Assembly (NCBI GenBank): GCA_009697105.1
Contig: SIAQ01000011.1
Location: 1,551-65,550, forward strand
Direction of reading: 5' to 3'
DNA: 64,000 nucleotides
DNA from: Gemmataceae bacterium
Lineage (GTDB): Bacteria; Planctomycetota; Planctomycetia; Gemmatales; Gemmataceae
Part shown: positions 8,286-16,246 of the stretch, in pieces
How the letters are laid out: every line of letters starts with the position of its first letter
Position numbering within the stretch: the first letter of the stretch is position 1
Made by a program: the position numbers and the translations under genes
The notes under the pieces: model-generated
Database searches by the model: none
What the model saw: the letters and a program-made list of their open reading frames with translations, nothing else
Told to the model about the DNA's origin: nothing

Positions 8286-8627
8286 ATGGCTGGTGCGAAT
8301 GTATTGGAGTTTACCAAAGACAATTGGCAGAAGGAAGTCGTTGAGAGCGCGGTCCCTGTGGTCGTCGATTTTTGGGCGCCGTGGTGTGGCCCTTGCCGGG
8401 CGCTGACGCCGGCGATCGATAGCATCGCGACGAAATACCTCGGCAAAGCCAAGGTAGGCAAAGTCAACGTCGATGACGAGCAAGACTTGGCCGTCAACTA
8501 TGCCATCACAAATATTCCGCGTGTTCTGGTTTTCAAAGGCGGAGACAAACCGCGCCGATCAATCGTTGGCCTAGTCAGCGAAGCGGAACTGAGCAAAACG
8601 CTCGACAGCGTCATCGCGGAAGTATAA
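8286..8627 (+). CDS. trxA: Thioredoxin
   Basis: WCGPC active site in a 113-aa protein. Start set at ATG 8286, since the longer ORF would read through repeat D. Confidence 0.9.
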   Translation: MAGANVLEFTKDNWQKEVVESAVPVVVDFWAPWCGPCRALTPAIDSIATKYLGKAKVGKVNVDDEQDLAVNYAITNIPRVLVFKGGDKPRRSIVGLVSEAELSKTLDSVIAEV

Positions 8628-8636
8628 ATCGCCATC

Positions 8637-8665
8637 GTTTAGCCGTTCGCCTTTGGCGAACGCGG
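8637..8665. repeat. Family C half-copy (GTTTAGCCGTTCGCCTTTGGCGAACGCGG)
   Basis: Matches the left arm of the family C elements at 22636, 36519 and 43495. Only the small internal hairpin GTTCGCC/GGCGAAC is present here. Confidence 0.6.
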
Positions 8666-8707
8666 TCGTGCGGAACTCGCAGGTTCATCACACAAGGCAG
8701 TGCATTC

Positions 8708-9184
8708 ATGTCCCAGCCATCGCAACCCTCCGGTTTGGCCGCCCCGTTGATTTTGCTCCTCGGCATTCTCGTCGGCGGCGGGTTCCTCACGATGATGCTG
8801 TGGGAGTCGATCCCTCGCCGCGAACCCAGGCCACGGCAGGAACTGAATGCTGGACCGGTCGTCGAATTGACCGAAAACAACTGGCAGACCGAGGTCGTTG
8901 AAAGCAATGTTCCCGTCCTCGTCGATGTTTGGGCTGAATGGTGCGGGCCGTGCAGGCAGCTTTCGCCAACCATTGATCGCCTGGCCGCACAATTTGAAGG
9001 CAAAGTGAAAGTCGGCAAAGTCGATCTGGATACGAACAAACAGCTCGGTCAACGATATAAGATATCGTCCATTCCATGCGTGATGATTTTCAACGGCGGT
9101 GAGAAACCGAAGAAAACGCTCGTCGGTCTGCGGTCCGAGGCCGAGTATGTCAGGGAAATCGAACTCGTCCTGAAGGGGCGTTGA
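8708..9184 (+). CDS. Membrane-anchored thioredoxin-domain protein
   Basis: N-terminal TM helix (LAAPLILLLGILVGGGFLTMMLW) followed by a thioredoxin domain with WCGPC. Confidence 0.8.
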   Translation: MSQPSQPSGLAAPLILLLGILVGGGFLTMMLWESIPRREPRPRQELNAGPVVELTENNWQTEVVESNVPVLVDVWAEWCGPCRQLSPTIDRLAAQFEGKVKVGKVDLDTNKQLGQRYKISSIPCVMIFNGGEKPKKTLVGLRSEAEYVREIELVLKGR

Positions 9185-9242
9185 GTTCGACCGCAGCCCA
9201 TAGGCACCATCTTTACGGAAACGATTCCAGCAATACGAAACC

Positions 9243-9371
9243 TAACCACAGAGTCACAGAGGAAACGCGAGGAATTGGGAACGAGCAATTTCACGATCCG
9301 GCGTGTCTTCCGTGTATCCCATCCTTCGTATTTCCTCTGTGGCTCTGTGTGACTCTGTGGCTCTGTGGTTA
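9243..9371. repeat. Family G element with CACAGAG heptamer arms
   Basis: TAACCACAGAGTCACAGAGGAAA ... TTTCCTCTGTGGCTCTGTGTGACTCTGTGGCTCTGTGGTTA. The core is homologous to the copy at 61213-61341. Confidence 0.8.
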
Positions 9372-9396
9372 AAATCTTAACCGTGTCGCGGCTGAG

Positions 9397-9519
9397 CTTA
9401 TACCGCGAGCGGTTGAGTTTGTCGCATTTTCAGAGCCTGAGCGCCAGCGAAGGGCACAACGCGGCCCTTCGCTGGCGCTCAGGCTCTGACCAGACAATTT
9501 CATTCGCTCGAAGTATAAG
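9397..9519. repeat. Family B element (inverted orientation relative to 6744)
   Basis: Core at 9433-9486, with terminal inverted repeat CTTATACCGCGAGCG / CGCTCGAAGTATAAG. Confidence 0.8.
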
Positions 9520-9530
9520 TTGGTGCCTAC

Positions 9531-9560
9531 GGGGTTCGGAGTAGCTCACCGTTGGGTTTG
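9531..9560. repeat. Family F right-arm half copy
   Basis: GGGGTTCGGAGTAGCTCACCGTTGGGTTTG matches the right arm of family F. It lies at the outer edge of the composite at 9185-9560. Confidence 0.6.
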
Positions 9561-9663
9561 CATTTCTTTAAATCTTTCTCCAGCATTTCGATTTTTCCTG
9601 AATCCAATCATCTTTCACAACCGATATTATCGTTACGCCGCGATTTCTCGGAGGGGGTGACCG

Positions 9664-11340
9664 ATGCGCTTTTTGTTGGGCATGATGCTGGTAACCGCAC
9701 TCACGGGTTGCCACGTGTACGGATTGAATGTCGAACAGAACATCGTCGAACACGCTGCCGTGCCGGTGGATGTCATGCCCGTGGACCGGGAGATTCCGTC
9801 GATTCAGCCGGTCGAGCAGGAAGTGAAGGTTCACACGCCCGCCGCTGGCAGTGGCATCGTTCAGGTGACATTACCGAGCACGCACGTCGTCGGTGCGCAG
9901 GAGAAGAAGATCACGACGATCATGGACCGATTGAAAGTGAAGGATCTGCCTGGCGCCGACGCTCCGGAGATCAAACTGCCCGGTGCCAATGCCCCTCGCA
10001 AAGAGGTCGAGGCGGCGATCGCGAAGCAGTTCTCACCGCTGCCCAAGGCTCTCAGTTTGCCTGAACCTTCGCCAGGCCCCGGTTGTGCCCCGTTGACGCT
10101 AGCCGATTTGCAGCAGCTGGCGATCGAAAACAGCCCCCAGATTCGCCAGGCGCATCACGATATCGATGCCGCCCGTGGCGTGTTCGCGCAAGCGGGGCTT
10201 TATCCCAATCCCACCATCGGGTACGAAGGCGACACGATTGGCCAATCCAATGGCGACGGCAAACGCTCGGCAGGCCAGCAGGGCGGGTATATCGATCAAC
10301 TCATCAAGACCGCCGGCAAGCTTAACCTGGCGAAGCAGGCCGCCCAGTACGAAATCGAGATTGCCGAACAGAAATTGCGCCAGACCGAAGCCGACCTTCG
10401 TACGCAGATTCGTGCCAAGTATTTCGTGCTCTTGGCCGCGAAGAAGAACTTTGACGTGACGCGCTCACTTGTCAATCTGACGGACGAAGTCTACGGCATG
10501 GGCCTCTTGCAGTTGCAAGCCGGGGAAGTGGCGGTGTATGAGCCGATGCAAACGCGCGTGCTGGCACTCCAAGCTCGCGGCACGCTGGTCCAGGCGCACA
10601 ATCGCTACGTGTCGGCATGGAAGCGACTCGCCGCCGCGATGGGCACGCCGACGATGACGTTGACACAGGTCGCGGGCCGAATCGACATGCCCGTGCCGCG
10701 CTATGAGCATGATGCCGTGTTGAGTTGGGTTGTGGAGAATCATACCGACATCGGCATGGCGCGATTCGGCGTGGAAAAATCGCGTGCCTTGGTGCGGATG
10801 GCGGAAACGCAGGCGATTCCAGATATCTTCGTGCACATTGCGTTGCAAAAGGATATGACGGCGGCGCCCTATCGCCGCACGAATTCCGTGCAGGTTGGCA
10901 TTCCGTTGCCGATCTTCGACCGCAACCAAGGCGCGATCCATCAGGCCCGGGCGCTGTTGCGTCGCGCGATGCTCGAAGATGCCCGCGTTCGCAACGACCT
11001 CACCGGCCGCGTCGCCGAGGTTATTGAGCGCTACGAAAATAATCGTATGATCCTCGAAATGTACAAAAAGCAGATGCTTCCAAATCAGGTGCAGGCATAT
11101 CGCGCGGCAGTCGCACGCCATGCGGTGGTGGGCGAAAAGAACGTCAGCTATACCGATCTCGTGACCGCGCAGCAGTCCCTCGCGGGACTGATCAACAGCT
11201 ATCTTGGCGCACTCAACGAACAATGGGTCGCTGTCGTCGATATCGGCGGTTTAATGCAGACAAACGATATCTTCCGCACCGGCCAGGTCGAGGAGATCAC
11301 GCCGGTTCCCGATGTGAACGAGTTGCGCCAACTGCGCTAG
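9664..11340 (+). CDS. TolC/CzcC-family outer membrane efflux lipoprotein
   Basis: Lipobox LTGC. LADLQQLAIENSPQIRQAHHDIDAARG and a repeated coiled-coil architecture typical of OMF proteins. No adjacent MFP/RND genes. Confidence 0.8.
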   Translation: MRFLLGMMLVTALTGCHVYGLNVEQNIVEHAAVPVDVMPVDREIPSIQPVEQEVKVHTPAAGSGIVQVTLPSTHVVGAQEKKITTIMDRLKVKDLPGADAPEIKLPGANAPRKEVEAAIAKQFSPLPKALSLPEPSPGPGCAPLTLADLQQLAIENSPQIRQAHHDIDAARGVFAQAGLYPNPTIGYEGDTIGQSNGDGKRSAGQQGGYIDQLIKTAGKLNLAKQAAQYEIEIAEQKLRQTEADLRTQIRAKYFVLLAAKKNFDVTRSLVNLTDEVYGMGLLQLQAGEVAVYEPMQTRVLALQARGTLVQAHNRYVSAWKRLAAAMGTPTMTLTQVAGRIDMPVPRYEHDAVLSWVVENHTDIGMARFGVEKSRALVRMAETQAIPDIFVHIALQKDMTAAPYRRTNSVQVGIPLPIFDRNQGAIHQARALLRRAMLEDARVRNDLTGRVAEVIERYENNRMILEMYKKQMLPNQVQAYRAAVARHAVVGEKNVSYTDLVTAQQSLAGLINSYLGALNEQWVAVVDIGGLMQTNDIFRTGQVEEITPVPDVNELRQLR

Positions 11341-11346
11341 AATTTC

Positions 11347-11418
11347 GTTTAGCCGTGACGCGCCAGCGGAGCGCGGGTGCGAAAGTGCCCGCGCTCCGCT
11401 GGCGCGTCGCGGCTAAAC
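11347..11418. repeat. Palindromic repeat, family E (GTTTAGCCGTGACGCGCCAGCGGAGCGCGGG ... CCCGCGCTCCGCTGGCGCGTCGCGGCTAAAC)
   Basis: Long near-perfect inverted repeat. Related copy at 60292. Shares the GTTTA(G/A)CCG / CGGCTAAAC termini with family C. Confidence 0.85.
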
Positions 11419-11457
11419 ATTCACGCGGTCGTATAATACCGGAAAGGAGCTTTTGCC

Positions 11458-11676
11458 ATGCCGATGTACCAATATGTGTGTGAGAACTGTCAAAGCGATT
11501 TCCGGTTGTTGGTGAATCGCGGCGACGATATTGAATGTCCAAAATGCCAGAGCAAGAAGCTCGATAAGCAGCCATCGATGCCCGCACTGGCGGCTGCAAA
11601 GGACGCCTTCCCGTCATCGTGCGGCGACCTGAGTTTGCCGCGGTGTGGTGCCACAGGATGCCGGCGCACGGGGTGA
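11458..11676 (+). CDS. FmdB-family zinc-ribbon protein
   Basis: MPMYQYVCENC...CPKC pattern (CxxC x2). Good SD (AAAGGAG). Confidence 0.8.
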   Translation: MPMYQYVCENCQSDFRLLVNRGDDIECPKCQSKKLDKQPSMPALAAAKDAFPSSCGDLSLPRCGATGCRRTG

Positions 11677-11699
11677 TGTGCTCTGTGGAAACGGATGTT

Positions 11700-11784
11700 T
11701 TCCCGAGCCGTGACCGTCAGGGAGCGACCGACAAAGTGCGCACGACATCCAGTCGGCCGCTCCCTGACGGTCACGGCTCGGGAA
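11700..11784. repeat. Single-copy long palindrome (TTCCCGAGCCGTGACCGTCAGGGAGCG ... CGCTCCCTGACGGTCACGGCTCGGGAA)
   Basis: Inverted arms of about 27 nt between convergent genes. It could also act as a bidirectional terminator. Confidence 0.7.
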
Positions 11785-11812
11785 AGCGCGGAGCAAATGT
11801 TGAAGGATTCAG

Positions 11813-12700
11813 TCACGCCGCGAACGGATGAGCCGTCCACTCGAATGCGGCTGAAGCATCGATAGCTCCCTCGCGAAGGGCGGCGAAGAGCGTAGCGGCG
11901 ATCAGGTCCGCCGTCGTGCCGGGGTTTCGTCGATGCCCGTCGCCACGTAGCCAGGCGTCGAACTCGCGATAAGCGGGCGTCGCGGTCCCGCCATTTTCGA
12001 CAACCACACACGCACGTCGCCGAACCTCTTCTGCGATTTCCAAGCCAAGCTTTCGCGCGATCAAGCTATCCGGCCAGTGTGCCAGCGTTGCAAGTTGCAG
12101 ATCAACGATTGCCTGTTCGACGACGCCACACCTGCGAAACCGATCGCGAAACGTCGGCAGCATCTCGCCGAGCACCAGTGCAAATCCGTTCGCGTATTGT
12201 GCCGCGATGAAATCGCGCTCGCTTGCCAGTGCCATCACCTCACGCAGTATCTGCGTCGGTTCGCCATGCACGTCTTCCGAAGACACCTTACCCAACCCTC
12301 CGGGATTCGCGATGCGGATAGCGGCGAAGACTTCGGCCGCGTCGTTGCGCGTTGTCGCTGCGAGGATGCGCGACACTCCGACAACAAGCGATTCGTCCGC
12401 CGGAACGGCTGCCAGTGGAGCGAGCAATAACACAATGCCAAGGTTCGTGTTCGTCGTTACGACAGCACGTGTGGCCTCGATAGCGCGGCAAATCGTCAGT
12501 CCCAAGGGTTGCTCTGTCGATTGTGCGAGAATCGGCGCGATGGCGTCCGCACTGCGAAGGAAATCGTTCACAGTAAGATCGGCAAATTCGCGACCGGGAC
12601 AGACGTTACCCGCCTTGCGTGCGCGGACTTCCCAGATGCAGGCGAGTTTTACAAAATGTTCGAGGGGGTTGATGGGCATTAGCACTCTGTAGATAGCCAT
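11813..12700 (-). CDS. Triphosphoribosyl-dephospho-CoA synthase (CitG/MdcB)-like protein
   Basis: 295 aa. The N-terminal WEVRARKAGNV and TNLGIVLLLAPLA regions resemble the CitG family. Assigned from memory. Confidence 0.6.
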   Translation of the reverse strand: MAIYRVLMPINPLEHFVKLACIWEVRARKAGNVCPGREFADLTVNDFLRSADAIAPILAQSTEQPLGLTICRAIEATRAVVTTNTNLGIVLLLAPLAAVPADESLVVGVSRILAATTRNDAAEVFAAIRIANPGGLGKVSSEDVHGEPTQILREVMALASERDFIAAQYANGFALVLGEMLPTFRDRFRRCGVVEQAIVDLQLATLAHWPDSLIARKLGLEIAEEVRRRACVVVENGGTATPAYREFDAWLRGDGHRRNPGTTADLIAATLFAALREGAIDASAAFEWTAHPFAA

Positions 12701-12710
12701 CAGTTACCAG

Positions 12711-12830
12711 CTATACCGTCCACATCTGGATTCGTCTGGTCCGAGCCTGAGCGCCAGCGAAGGGCCGCTTGTGCCCTTCGCTGGCGCTCAGGCTCGCAAA
12801 ATACGCCAATCTCACCCGCGTTTGGTATAT
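12711..12830. repeat. Family B element
   Basis: Core at 12743-12795, with flanks homologous to 6744-6864. Confidence 0.8.
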
Positions 12831-12853
12831 CAGCCAGAACGGCATTTCGTGCG

Positions 12854-12884
12854 GCTGATAGCTGATAGCTGATAGCTGAAAGCT
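12854..12884 (+). repeat. Tandem heptamer array (GCTGATA x3, GCTGAAA, GCT)
   Basis: Read directly. It resembles a solo arm of the heptamer-armed family G architecture. Confidence 0.8.
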
Positions 12885-12892
12885 CGTATTGC

Positions 12893-13942
12893 TTATTTCT
12901 TCTCCTCGCTCACCTTCGTCAGATACTCGCGCGGGATGCCGTCCGTGCTTGCGCCGTCTAGTTCAAGGGCACGCTCGAAGTCCACGCGGGCCTGCGCCTT
13001 CTCGTTCAGCGCGTGATGGGCATGGCCACGGTTGCGATAGGCGGCGGCGAAGTCGGGCGAAAGCTCAATGGCACGCGAGAAGTCGGCGGCTGCTTTGCGA
13101 TGCTCGGCTTTGCCCCCGTAGGCGCTGCCGCGGTTGTTGTAGAACTGCGAGTCGCGGGCATCCAGCCGAATCGCTTCGCTGAAGTCGGCCAAAGCCTTGT
13201 CGTAGTCTTCAAGCTGCGAATAAGCGTTGCCTCGATTGCTGTACGCCAAGGGGTTGAGCGGCGCCAGGTCGATGGCGGCGTCGAAATCGCGAATCGCCGC
13301 CCGGAAGCTGCGCTTGCGATATTGGCAGTAGCCGCGATTGATGTAGGCTTCGCCATACTTGGGATTGAGTTCCAACGCCTGGTTGAAGTCGGCAATCGCG
13401 CGATCGTACATCACTATGGCCAGGTGTAGCAAGCCGCGATTGAGCAGGATCGATGCATCCTTGGCGTCGATCTTGGCGGCCTCGGTCATGTCGTTGATGC
13501 CCTGGGCGGTCTTGCCCATGCGTTGCAGCAACAAGCCGCGATTGACCAGCGGCGAGGCGTCTTTCGGATCGAGTTGGACGGCCATGTCGTAGTCGGCGAG
13601 CGCGGCGGGGAGATCGTTTTTCGCCATCTGCGCCGTGCCGCGGTTGAAATAGGTCTTCGCCTCGGCCTTGGCTTCAATCGACGCGGAGTACCAGGCAATC
13701 GCCTGATCGAAGTCCTGCCCGGCAAAGGCGCTATTGCCTCGCTGGCGCAGTTCGTTGTGATCTCTTAAATTCGGCTCATCGCTGCCCGGCTGGTCGTTCG
13801 GACCGGGGCCGTCCTTGTTTAGGGCAACGTCAACGAGATCGTTGATTGGGCCGTCAGTCCTGGCCGAGCGGTCCTTGCAACCAGTGAAAGCGGCGAGACA
13901 AGCAACGAGTATGAGTTTGCGCACGGCATCATCCTTGACCAA
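12893..13942 (-). CDS. TPR-repeat lipoprotein
   Basis: Lipobox FTGC, then about eight 34-aa repeats of the type A..Y..A+.LDP..A.AY.NRG. Confidence 0.8.
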   Translation of the reverse strand: MVKDDAVRKLILVACLAAFTGCKDRSARTDGPINDLVDVALNKDGPGPNDQPGSDEPNLRDHNELRQRGNSAFAGQDFDQAIAWYSASIEAKAEAKTYFNRGTAQMAKNDLPAALADYDMAVQLDPKDASPLVNRGLLLQRMGKTAQGINDMTEAAKIDAKDASILLNRGLLHLAIVMYDRAIADFNQALELNPKYGEAYINRGYCQYRKRSFRAAIRDFDAAIDLAPLNPLAYSNRGNAYSQLEDYDKALADFSEAIRLDARDSQFYNNRGSAYGGKAEHRKAAADFSRAIELSPDFAAAYRNRGHAHHALNEKAQARVDFERALELDGASTDGIPREYLTKVSEEKK

Positions 13943-14018
13943 ATACGAGAAATGGGTCTGTCGTCATAATCGGCAAAGTCGATGGCCGAACTTTGGTGTA
14001 TTCTTTGGAATTTGAAAT

Positions 14019-14099
14019 AAGCCCAGAGGTGAGGTACTCCGAACCTCTGGGATCACCTTGAATGATCCTAAGGGTTCGGAGTGCCTCACCCTTGGGCTT
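14019..14099. repeat. Family F element
   Basis: AAGCCCAGAGGTGAGGTACTCCGAACCTCTGGGAT ... AAGGGTTCGGAGTGCCTCACCCTTGGGCTT. Confidence 0.85.
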
Positions 14100-14278
14100 G
14101 CACGCCTATTTCCACCTGTTTGGGAAACCTTGGCAATTCGTGCTTGCATCCGGCGGATACATCTCTAAAATCGCGGGAATTGGATTGACGCTCCACCGCC
14201 CTCACTGCCGCAACGGTTTGGCCGATTTCCGCTAACCATACCCGCATCAGCGAACCTCTCACGCAGAACGCGAGAACT

Positions 14279-16165
14279 ATGGATCCCAACATTTACGTTC
14301 AGTCGCTCAATCCGCTCGAAGGCAAAATATTCTGGTCGGTAGCACTTTCGACTCTGTTCGCTGCGCTGCCTGTCGTCGCCCTCTTTTGGCTGCTCGTGCC
14401 GATGCGTTGGCTGGCGTCGAAGGCTGGCGCTGCGGGAGCAGTCGTAGCGATCGTCATCGCGGTCATCGTGTACCAAATGCCCGTGCAGAAAGCGCTCTGG
14501 GCGTTTGCCTATGGCGCAGGGTTCGGCTTGCTGCCCGTCGGCTGGACCATTTTCGGCGCGATGCTGCTCTACAACATCACGGTGGAAACAGGGCAATTTA
14601 CTATCGTGCGCCGATCGGTTGCCAGTCTCTCCGGCGATGCCCGTATCCAGGCGATTCTCATCGGCTTCTCGTTCGGCGCGTTCCTGGAAGGCGCCGCCGG
14701 CGGTGGCACACCCGTCGCGATTTGCGGGGCGATCATGGTTGGCCTCGGCTTCAATCCGTTTCTCGCCGCCGTGCTGTGTTTGATCGCCAATACGTCGCCC
14801 GTGGCTTATGGCGGACTCGGCACGCCGATCATCGTTCTCTCGGACATGACCAGTATCGATGGCCGCGTGATTAGCACCATGGCGGCGCATCAGCTGCCAT
14901 TCCTGTCGCTGCTTGTGCCTGCGTACATGGTGCGATGCATGGTTGGGTGGAAACAGACGTTCGAGGTTTGGCCCGCGCTGCTCGTCTCCGGCGGATCGTT
15001 CGCCGTCTTTCAGTACTTCTTCGCCACGCTGCACGATTGGGTCGGTATCGTTGCCTGGCCGATGACCGACATCGGTGGCGGCATCTTCTCCCTCGTCGTC
15101 ACCGCCATCTTCCTCAAAATGTGGAAGCCGAAAAACGAATGGCATTTCGATAAGTCAATGACGCCCACGGCAACCGGCACTCCAGCCTCCGCGCCCGCCG
15201 CCAACGACCCGCACGCCGCCGGGGCTGCGGCATTACTGGGAGAGGTTACCAAGCACGCCACCGCCAACGAGAAAGTTCCGCTGACGGCCGGCAACATTAC
15301 CCTCGCCTGGATGCCATTCATCCTGATGTCGATCTTCCTCATGCTCACCGGTATCGTGCGCCAGATGGAAGGCGACACGACGCGCAAAGGCCCGGTGTAT
15401 GTTCCCGGAACAAAGATTCAGACGAACTACCAGATCCCTGTGCCGACGCTTCACAAAATGACGATGCGCGATGAGGAACTGCGCAAGATCGATATCAATA
15501 CCGCGAATGGGAAAGACAATAACCCGGATGGTGCTCGTTTTAACTTCGCCTGGCTGACAGCACCGGGCACTGCGGTGATGTTCGCCGCGATTCTGTCGAT
15601 ATTCATGCTGCGTATGTCGGCTTCCCAAACACGGCGAGTGTTCACGCGCACCGTCGTGCAGATGAAGATCCCGATCCCGACGATCGCGTTCATGCTCGGA
15701 CTCAGCTACGTCACGAAATACGCCGGTATGGATGCGACCCTTGGCTATGCGTTCGCCAACACCGGAGTGCTGTATCCGTTCTTCGCCGCTATCCTCGGTT
15801 GGCTAGGCGTGTTCCTCACGGGAACCGATGCCGGCAGCAACGCCCTCTTTGGCAGCTTGCAGCAAATCACGGCGAGAACGATCCACGGCGCCGGCGCTTT
15901 CGGCCCGCTCGGCGCCGAGACTTTGACCACTGGCCAAGCCGAGGTGCTCATCTGCACGGCGAACAGCACCGGCGGCGTCATGGGCAAGATGATCGACGCC
16001 CAGAGCATTTGCGTCGCCACCGCCGCCACGCATCAGATGGGCAAGGAGGCCGACATCTTCAAAGCGGTGATTTGGCACAGCATCATTCTGGCCTCGATCG
16101 TCGGCTTGATGACGCTGCTTCAGGCGTACGTGTATCCGTTCACGTTGATGGTCCCGTCGCCATGA
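14279..16165 (+). CDS. L-lactate permease (LctP family)
   Basis: Conserved N-terminal region (GFGLLPVGWTIFGAMLLYNITVETGQF, FLEGAAGGGTPVAI). At 628 aa it is longer than I expect for this family. Confidence 0.85.
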   Translation: MDPNIYVQSLNPLEGKIFWSVALSTLFAALPVVALFWLLVPMRWLASKAGAAGAVVAIVIAVIVYQMPVQKALWAFAYGAGFGLLPVGWTIFGAMLLYNITVETGQFTIVRRSVASLSGDARIQAILIGFSFGAFLEGAAGGGTPVAICGAIMVGLGFNPFLAAVLCLIANTSPVAYGGLGTPIIVLSDMTSIDGRVISTMAAHQLPFLSLLVPAYMVRCMVGWKQTFEVWPALLVSGGSFAVFQYFFATLHDWVGIVAWPMTDIGGGIFSLVVTAIFLKMWKPKNEWHFDKSMTPTATGTPASAPAANDPHAAGAAALLGEVTKHATANEKVPLTAGNITLAWMPFILMSIFLMLTGIVRQMEGDTTRKGPVYVPGTKIQTNYQIPVPTLHKMTMRDEELRKIDINTANGKDNNPDGARFNFAWLTAPGTAVMFAAILSIFMLRMSASQTRRVFTRTVVQMKIPIPTIAFMLGLSYVTKYAGMDATLGYAFANTGVLYPFFAAILGWLGVFLTGTDAGSNALFGSLQQITARTIHGAGAFGPLGAETLTTGQAEVLICTANSTGGVMGKMIDAQSICVATAATHQMGKEADIFKAVIWHSIILASIVGLMTLLQAYVYPFTLMVPSP

Positions 16166-16180
16166 CCGATGTGCATTCCT

Positions 16181-16224
16181 GTTTACGTTTAGCGCTCGCG
16201 CGGCACCGTGCGAGCGCTAAACGA
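16181..16224. repeat. Family D variant (GTTTACGTTTAGCGCTCGCG ... CGAGCGCTAAACGA)
   Basis: Inverted arms. Sister copy at 27586. Confidence 0.75.
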
Positions 16225-16246
16225 ATAATCGCCGAAGGGTACTGCC

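Noticed and set aside
9552-10064. The 170-aa ORF overlapping the start of the TolC-like gene
   Set aside because: It is in a different frame overlapping a well-supported lipoprotein gene with a strong SD, has Arg/Gly-rich composition, and starts inside the family F half repeat.
12077-12692. ORFs on the plus strand opposite the CitG-like gene
   Set aside because: This is mirror-frame composition again. The minus-strand ORF spans the whole interval and has family-like motifs.
14165-15145. Long antisense ORFs opposite well-supported genes: 14165-15145 opposite the lactate permease, 34001-35083 opposite the aldehyde dehydrogenase, 57057-57821 opposite the ABC permease, 21667-22677 opposite the S8 peptidase, 42618-43529 opposite rpsI/rplM, 47846-48595 opposite miaB, 10465-11223 opposite the TolC-like gene, and 59542-60192 / 59630-60391 against DUF1080
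   Set aside because: They are Arg/Gly/Asp/His-rich with biased composition, which is typical of the mirror frame of high-GC coding DNA. The opposite-strand genes have clear family motifs.
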